The position numbers were made by a program, and so were the translations under genes. Below, in pieces: positions 57,275 to 64,000 of a stretch of DNA of 64,000 nt. The first letter of the stretch is position 1. Each line of letters starts with the position of its first letter. The notes below the pieces were generated by a model. The model was not told the DNA's origin, did not search any database, and saw nothing but the letters and a program-made list of their open reading frames with translations. This DNA is from Tubiluchus corallicola (taxonomy: Eukaryota; Animalia; Priapulida), in contig JAQGDQ010001073.1 in NCBI GenBank assembly GCA_030141605.1, forward strand, positions 967 through 64,966, given 5' to 3'.

Positions 57275-59566
57275 TTACAGCGATAGTTTCAACACGTGAA
57301 GTTCAAAATTTTGCAACATGTAATTAAAAGTTAAATATTTAGCCAAAAGGAGCAGATGCCACGCTACCAATTGAACAGAATTTCCAGATTTGGCCGGAAT
57401 TGTGTGCGAAACGTTCATCATTGAACAATTAAAATCCGTTAGCTTTAAATCTTCATGATTTACTCTTGGTACCCAGCAATCTACAAAAGAGTATTTCCAT
57501 TTAACCTCCATCGTGCTTACAACATCACAGTCACAAATGAGTCTGCTTCCTAACAGTTGGAAAGACACATTCTCGGGTTTAACTTTTCTGTATAAGGTAG
57601 GCTTAGACATGTGTTGTATTTTTGAACCTACAAACGAGATTTGAGTGATGTTACGATTATATCTGAGATCCAGATTTGCCACCGACAGCTGAGTGCACGA
57701 CAAGAAAGAAATTGACTTCAAAATGCCTACATAATAAAATGCTTTTGGATCAATTGACACAAGAAAAGGATTATCATCCACCACAAAATGTTCTATAAAA
57801 CCATATCGTAAGTCATTTTGCACTAGAGTTGCTATAGCTGATTGTCGTAGCACCAGTTTTGTGACTTGTCTTTCTTCCAGTAGCCACCTAGGAAGCCGAC
57901 TGTCTTCGTAATTGAAGATAACTAAGCCATAGATGGATGGTTTAATCTCTGCTGATATCTGCCGCATCGCAACATGGTCAATTCTTCCAAACTGGCCGCA
58001 GTGAAGTTCACAAGGATCTTCAGAGAATACGGTGCAACTGCTCACACTGATACTGCATGTGTCTCTTGGAGGTCTTGCAGTTGCTCTAGGTGGCTGATCA
58101 CATTCAATCATATCAATATTCATCTATATTTTAGGTTCATAACAGTCAACTTCTCTGGAAGCCCAGTTAACTCGAAACATCCAGCGCATGTAACAGTCAC
58201 AAATCAGCCTGCTTCCCAAGAGAGCAAAATGTACGTTTCCAGGATTGACATCTGGGTGCAGGGTGCAGGAATTGACATCCGCTCGATTTTTGATCCCTGA
58301 GTAAAGATGATGGAACTGAGCAAAGGACTATTCCACAAATCCAGATTAGCCGTTTCCAATGCTTCACAAGCAACAAAGGTCACTGATGTCAAACGCTTTA
58401 GTCAAGAGAAAGCTTTGTGATGAACTTTCTTTAAGACTTTGCTGTAGTTCATGGTGAAGTATTCAAGGCTTTGTGATGAACTTTCTTTAAGACTTAACTG
58501 TAGTTCATGGTGAAGTATTCAAGGCTTGGTGGCAGATCATTCCTAGATAGATTAACAAATGCAGATTTTTCAAATATTAGAGCTGTTACGTTTTTTTGGT
58601 CAAGAAACTTGTTTGGCAGCTTTTCGTCTTTGTAAAAATAAATTTTTAATTCTGATGGGACGTCTGTAATATGATTTACAATTTTCACCAATCTCCTGGA
58701 ATTCATCTTGCTATCAGAGATGTTCGAAATGTCTGCGTCACCACAAACCAGTTTACAGGGAAATAGTGAAAGGGCAACACAAGTAGGTGGGCAAATATCT
58801 GCAATAGTTAATTCAGTCGTACTAATTAACCCATTTTCCTTTAGTTTTGCATTTGTGAGACGTTCACACTGCACTTCCGATTTTTCCCAAAATTCAGCTA
58901 TCCACGTCATCCGGCAGTCACAGATTAAAGGATTTTTCAAGAAGAAAAGGCCTAAGTCGTGGGAGACACTTAAATGAAACTTTGGCCTGTCCAATGTGGT
59001 GATATTCGTGTTTTCTATCTGTACACGCTCCAGTTTCTCCAGCTGGTCAAGCGACAATTTCAGCTCGTTCAATGTCGGACAATTTCTAATCAGAATTTCG
59101 TGCAAATTTAATAAATTATTAATGCATCCTGGTTGATACGCGTCAACTTTTCAAAATTGATGATGCTTACATCTTTGACAAGTGATGCACGGAGGAAGTA
59201 TTTTCTAATTTCTTGGAGTTTTTTAAACTTTCTCAGAACAACACTGAAAAGCTCGAAGCCTTCCAAAAACTTCTCAGGAGGTTCAGCATATTTCAGATTT
59301 TTCAGAACAAAGATGTCTGTTATTGCAGCATTATTCTTTTTAATCTTTCTCCTCAGCTTCTGCCACAACGTTTCGTTGTAATTTTCATGTGCAAACGAGC
59401 ACTCGACTCGATATTGGTTACCTTCAGGTCTTTCGAGGGCGCATCTCTTACAGCCATGAAAAAACTCCGTCCAAATCGGACCGATTTGTGGTTTTGCATT
59501 TCCAATGTTAAGAATAAGAATCACAACAAAAAGAAAAGATTCGATTATGAATCGCTGGTAGTTCAT
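57275..59566 (-). pseudogene. Intronless LRR-type cell-surface protein with three LRR + LICDC cap modules, disrupted
   Basis: Signal peptide MNYQRFIIESFLFVVILIL; NPLICDCRMTWI, GSRLICDCYMRWM, GSRLICDCDV; frameshift ~59107, 56-bp tandem duplication 58412-58523, stops at ~58496, ~58404, ~58126; hydrophobic C-terminus. Confidence 0.7.
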
Positions 59567-59860
59567 TGCATGTAATTCAGAAAACGTGAATATCTTAACG
59601 TAGCATGAAATAAACTAGCAACGGCATAATGGTTGCACTAATGTATGATGTCACAGTAACATACGTAATCACATTGTATACTCACTTAACCTCCCATTCC
59701 TGATAATGTTTGATTATTATTAGACGCTCTACTTGCGAACAGTTTGAGCTAATCTGACAGATTAAATTTTCCTTAATGTCTGAATGTGAATCTGTAACGT
59801 CTGGTACATGAATGGCAGAACATGTAGTCAAAACCAAAGCATTCTTGAAAATAGTTAAAG

Positions 59861-60036
<176 letters not shown>

Positions 60037-60308
60037 ATGAATGGGAAAATTACAAACCTTTCAGCAATGAATATAATAGCCTTTTCACGGTTTCATTGTG
60101 CTGCTGCTGTATTTGCTGTAGGTCAAAGGTCAAAGCATTCTTGAAAATAGTTAAAGACATAGAGGATTAACTAAACGAGTGTAAAACCAATGACGTAATT
60201 AGATCAGATTTGAACTATGCAAAGAACTACACTGACAAATACATAAAGACAACATGGAACAGAAAAATTCAACATGTCAGGCCGTTACTGATAACGGTGG
60301 CAGTGCTG

Positions 60309-60387
60309 AGGGAGCAGACGGAACCCCTCCCACTGTTTTTACATGCCAGGGAGCAGACGGAACCCCTCCCTCTGTTTTTACATGCCA
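60309..60387. repeat. 39-bp tandem duplication
   Basis: agggagcagacggaacccctccc(a/t)ctgtttttacatgcc occurs twice. Confidence 0.85.
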
Positions 60388-60926
60388 TCAAACTACCATT
60401 TGGGAAGAGTGAACGCAACATTGAAAGAAAAGCGATTAAGCTATTGCTCAACAGGTGTGCCAGACGTTTTTACACACCTGGGACTACCCCACACGAAGCA
60501 ATGTCAATGTGGAGCAGGCAGACATACGGTTGCTCAGAACAGTATCTTTGTTTTATTCTTGTTGGTAAGAGTAGTCGAGATGCATTGAGTTTGCACCTAC
60601 ATGCATTGAGTCTATATTTAACAATCGATAATAATGACAGTTACGGAATAAACGTTTGAAAGAAAAAATAATAAAACGCGAATTGAAACAGACGGGAAAT
60701 GTCTATTTTTACTTTGACTGTTTGCATTTCAATTCAGTACAGTGACTCATCTAACTTGCACATACAGTAGAATAATATACCTAGCAATAATAGTTTCTTC
60801 TAACAAGAGAAATTTACTCAAGTCATGAAAATCATTTCAACAATTGCACACTACAAGTGCGATAATTACAACAATACTGCTGCTTTATTTAGTGACTAAA
60901 TTATCAAAATACACATTTAGCATTAA

Positions 60927-61519
60927 CACTTATAGGGTCACGTTTTTTTACAACCGATTTTGGTAACCGGGGGTAACAAATTACCCCCACCATAATTCGT
61001 AAATTACTTTTGATAAACCGCCGTGTTTCATTAGTAAACAGCAACAGCATAATTTGTGGTTATGCTGACCACCATAGGATACATTATACCTCTGCTTAAG
61101 GACATGTGACTTAGTAGTAATACGTAATTTAAATTCACTTAAACTGTAGACAACCGACATTGCAGCGCGTGTGCAAAAATCATTGTTATTTTGAATTTAT
61201 TGTCTACTACTTTCTTCTTTTAGGTGGAGTAATTTGAGTAACTGACAGTTTGTTTTATCAGATACATCGCCCGTATAATGTATAAACAAGCGAAGCAAAG
61301 TCTCCACAATTTAAAAAAAAATCGACATATTGCATTTTCACTTTTATTTCGTAGTGAGACAATGCGCCTAAGATAAATAACTGAAAGTATTTTGTGCACA
61401 AAACATATTTAGAAAAAGTCATAGAAAAGGTTTATTGGAATGCGTATGGTAAAAGGGTAAAATGCAAAAAAACCGGTCTGGGGGTAATTTTTTACCCCCC
61501 CCCCGTGACCCTATAATGG
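60927..61519. mobile_element. piggyBac-like MITE
   Basis: TTAA-CACTTATAGGGTCACG ... CGTGACCCTATAATGG-TTAA; subterminal palindromes gggggtaa..ttaccccc at both ends. Confidence 0.8.
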
Positions 61520-62358
61520 TTAAGTGACCTTATTAGGCTATGCTAACAGTACAGAACTTGCTCTGTTCTTGTTTTTGCACTACGTTACGTTCTACGTTCT
61601 ACGTTACGCTAGGCTTCCGCTATCAAACTGCTGAGTGACTAGATATGTGTAATGCATCTTAATAAACATAATTATTACATCTATTACATAATAGTTACAA
61701 TGTTGCATTTGTTTTAGAAAATGCTTCGTTTAAATATAGATAAAAGCTGGGCTTACAACATGCAAAACACTTCAAACACAACAATATTTTCATACTTTTG
61801 TGCAAATTGTGAACGAAGCAATTTCAAACACTGATTATAGACGGCTAATCAATTAACTTAATTAAGTAATTAGTGATTATCGTCGTTGTTTTAGGTTTTC
61901 ACTCAACTCACGGCATATGCCGAAGTCAAACCCGGACTGAGAAAGAGCTAACTCGGCCCGCGATTCGAGCTCCAAAAGAGCTACAACTTCGCTTCTCAGA
62001 CGGCTCGATGAATGAAGTTCAGAAAGACTTGCGTTCAAATCACAGAAAGGAAAAATTATCATTTTCCGCAAATTGCAGAAACTTGCAAATGCAGTAAATA
62101 TATGTGACTAAAATTCATCCCATTCTAGACAAGATATGACAACACAAAGTCAGTACCAGTACCAATGACATTACCAGTTCTAATGTTGACTGACCATCCA
62201 GTGACCACGCATGACCACAGTAACCAGTGACCACTCCATGATCACAAAGTCAGTACTAATAAATGCGGGATTTCACTGAACAGGTTCTATCATGAATAAC
62301 AACAAAACACAACACAGAGTCAGTGTTTAATAATCAAAAAATAACGAAGAGAGTATTA

Positions 62359-62779
62359 TGGCCCGTTTACACATAAGGCGGGAAACCGCGCGTCCAAATA
62401 ATCGACCGCGCGGTTTTCCTGTTAGCAACCAATTAGAAATGGGTTTGTTAATTATCAGCAAATGCTCTGCTTTAGCAGAAACAAAGAGATCTCTACATAG
62501 TTATGTTACATAACTGTTGTTAAAAGCGGAACAATAATATTAGAAGTTAATTAATACAATAATTAATAATATTCTGTCAGTCTTTTTACTCTCTCTCTCT
62601 CTCTCTCTCTGTCTTTCTCACTCACTCTCTCCCTCCCTTTCTCTTTCTCTCTCTCCCATCGTATTTCTCTATCTTTCGATCTTCCTCTCTCTTTCTCACT
62701 CTCTCTCCCTCTCTTTGTTTTTCTTTCTCTTTTTCTCTCCCTCTCTCTCTCTCTCTCTCGTTCTCTCTCTCTTTCTCTC

Positions 62780-62815
<36 letters not shown>

Positions 62816-62836
62816 TACACACACACACAAACACAC

Positions 62837-62910
<74 letters not shown>

Positions 62911-62920
62911 TCACGCACAC

Positions 62921-62965
<45 letters not shown>

Positions 62966-63035
62966 CGAACGACACCATTTCTAAAAATGGCGTAGAAAAA
63001 TTATATTAAAAACCGCTCCGTGTATAAATGGTCAT
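62359..63035. mobile_element. PIF/Harbinger-like MITE containing (CT)n(CA)n
   Basis: tta|tggcccgtttacacataaggcgg ... ccgctccgtgtataaatggtca|tta (imperfect TIR, TTA flanks); a ~65-bp direct repeat lies at ~62171 and ~63070. Confidence 0.5.
62588..62965. repeat. (CT)n-(CA)n compound microsatellite
   Basis: Direct reading. Confidence 0.95.
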
Positions 63036-63371
63036 TAAGTGGTCAAATCTGCATCAATTTTCTAGACAGTTACCAGTTCTAATGTTGACTGACCATCCAG
63101 TGACCACGCATGACCACAGTAATCAGTGACAACTCCGTATGAACTCAAAACCTGAGCTGACATTTTTGACAAAACAGGGACAACCAAATTATGGAACTAA
63201 GAAATTCATTTTCTAACAAACAAGCATAATATATATAATATATAATCAGCTTAAAACTATGATGTAATTATGATTTTTGATCAAAATTGACACAAAATTT
63301 TCATATTTTCTCGAAACTTTGATCACAAGCAGTTAACATGGTTTTACAATTCACATACTGTACACTCTCAG

Positions 63372-63770
63372 TAGGCGCTTTTGGTGGGCATTCCTACCAG
63401 AAAGCGAATTCGACTCGAATCGAATCGAAATTGCGCCATTCGAATTCGAATCGAACCGAATTTTAGTATTTCGAATCCGAATCGAATTCGAATAGATTTT
63501 GAAAGATTTTCGAACAAGTTTTCAAACCACTAATAAAAAGTGGATTTACCAAGATAGTGCATATTACTTCAATTTTGTTCTGGAGGAAAACCACAATTAT
63601 TTTGTTAATAATTTTGCACAGACACTGCAGCTAAATTGTGCTAATTGCATGCGCTGTTTCAAACATTTTAATGATAAAGAACGTATGTGGCTGAAGTGTT
63701 GAATTATTCGAATCTATAATTTTAGATTCGAATCGAATTGGAACGTTCGACGCTCCCCCTACTAGGCGCT
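63372..63770. mobile_element. hAT-like MITE with (CGAAT) subterminal repeats
   Basis: Clusters of ttcgaatcgaa at both ends; 8-bp direct flank taggcgct at 63372-63379 and 63763-63770; TIR poor. Confidence 0.5.
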
Positions 63771-64000
63771 ACAAACAATTATCATTAACAATAGCTATAA
63801 ACGCAATAACAATAATAGTTATTATCCTAGTAACATAAATTCACAAAATTAACAGCAGCTTAGCAGCTTATGCAAAAGTTACTAACCTATGCAACATTTT
63901 ACATTAGTAACAAAGCATACCTACACACAGCAAACAAACACTGTCATACATAATTATACTTTGCTATATACATATCTATATATACTTGACTAATTATTTA

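Overview
AT-rich invertebrate (metazoan) nuclear DNA with spliced genes; nothing here is prokaryotic. Genes: (+) 3' half of a divergent TTLL4-like tubulin glutamylase (1190-7087); (-) an orphan, GC-rich Vps62-like exon (9440-10107); (-) a complete 9-exon CHST15/GalNAc4S-6ST-like sulfotransferase (14282-28128); (-) SELENBP1/methanethiol oxidase (35633-48218, first exon uncertain); (-) three damaged paralogs of an unrecognised secreted Cys/Thr-rich protein (30.2-30.9, 51.2-53.0, 55.1-56.8 kb); (-) a pseudogenised three-module LRR surface protein (57.3-59.6 kb). Introns and spacers hold LINE/RTE/SINE fragments, TIR MITEs, minisatellites and recent local duplications. Most interesting: (1) a minimal type I hammerhead ribozyme, sense strand, in the TTLL4-like 3' UTR, overlapping an AATAAA; (2) a polyprotein-like array of C-x3-C-x3-C-x(8-11)-C-x3-C-x3-C modules with polybasic sites; (3) a mosaic at 28.8-33.3 kb sharing blocks with three other loci in the window; (4) the GC-anomalous Vps62-like exon. 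All calls come from manual reading and translation; no searches were run, and identities and GC estimates are by eye.
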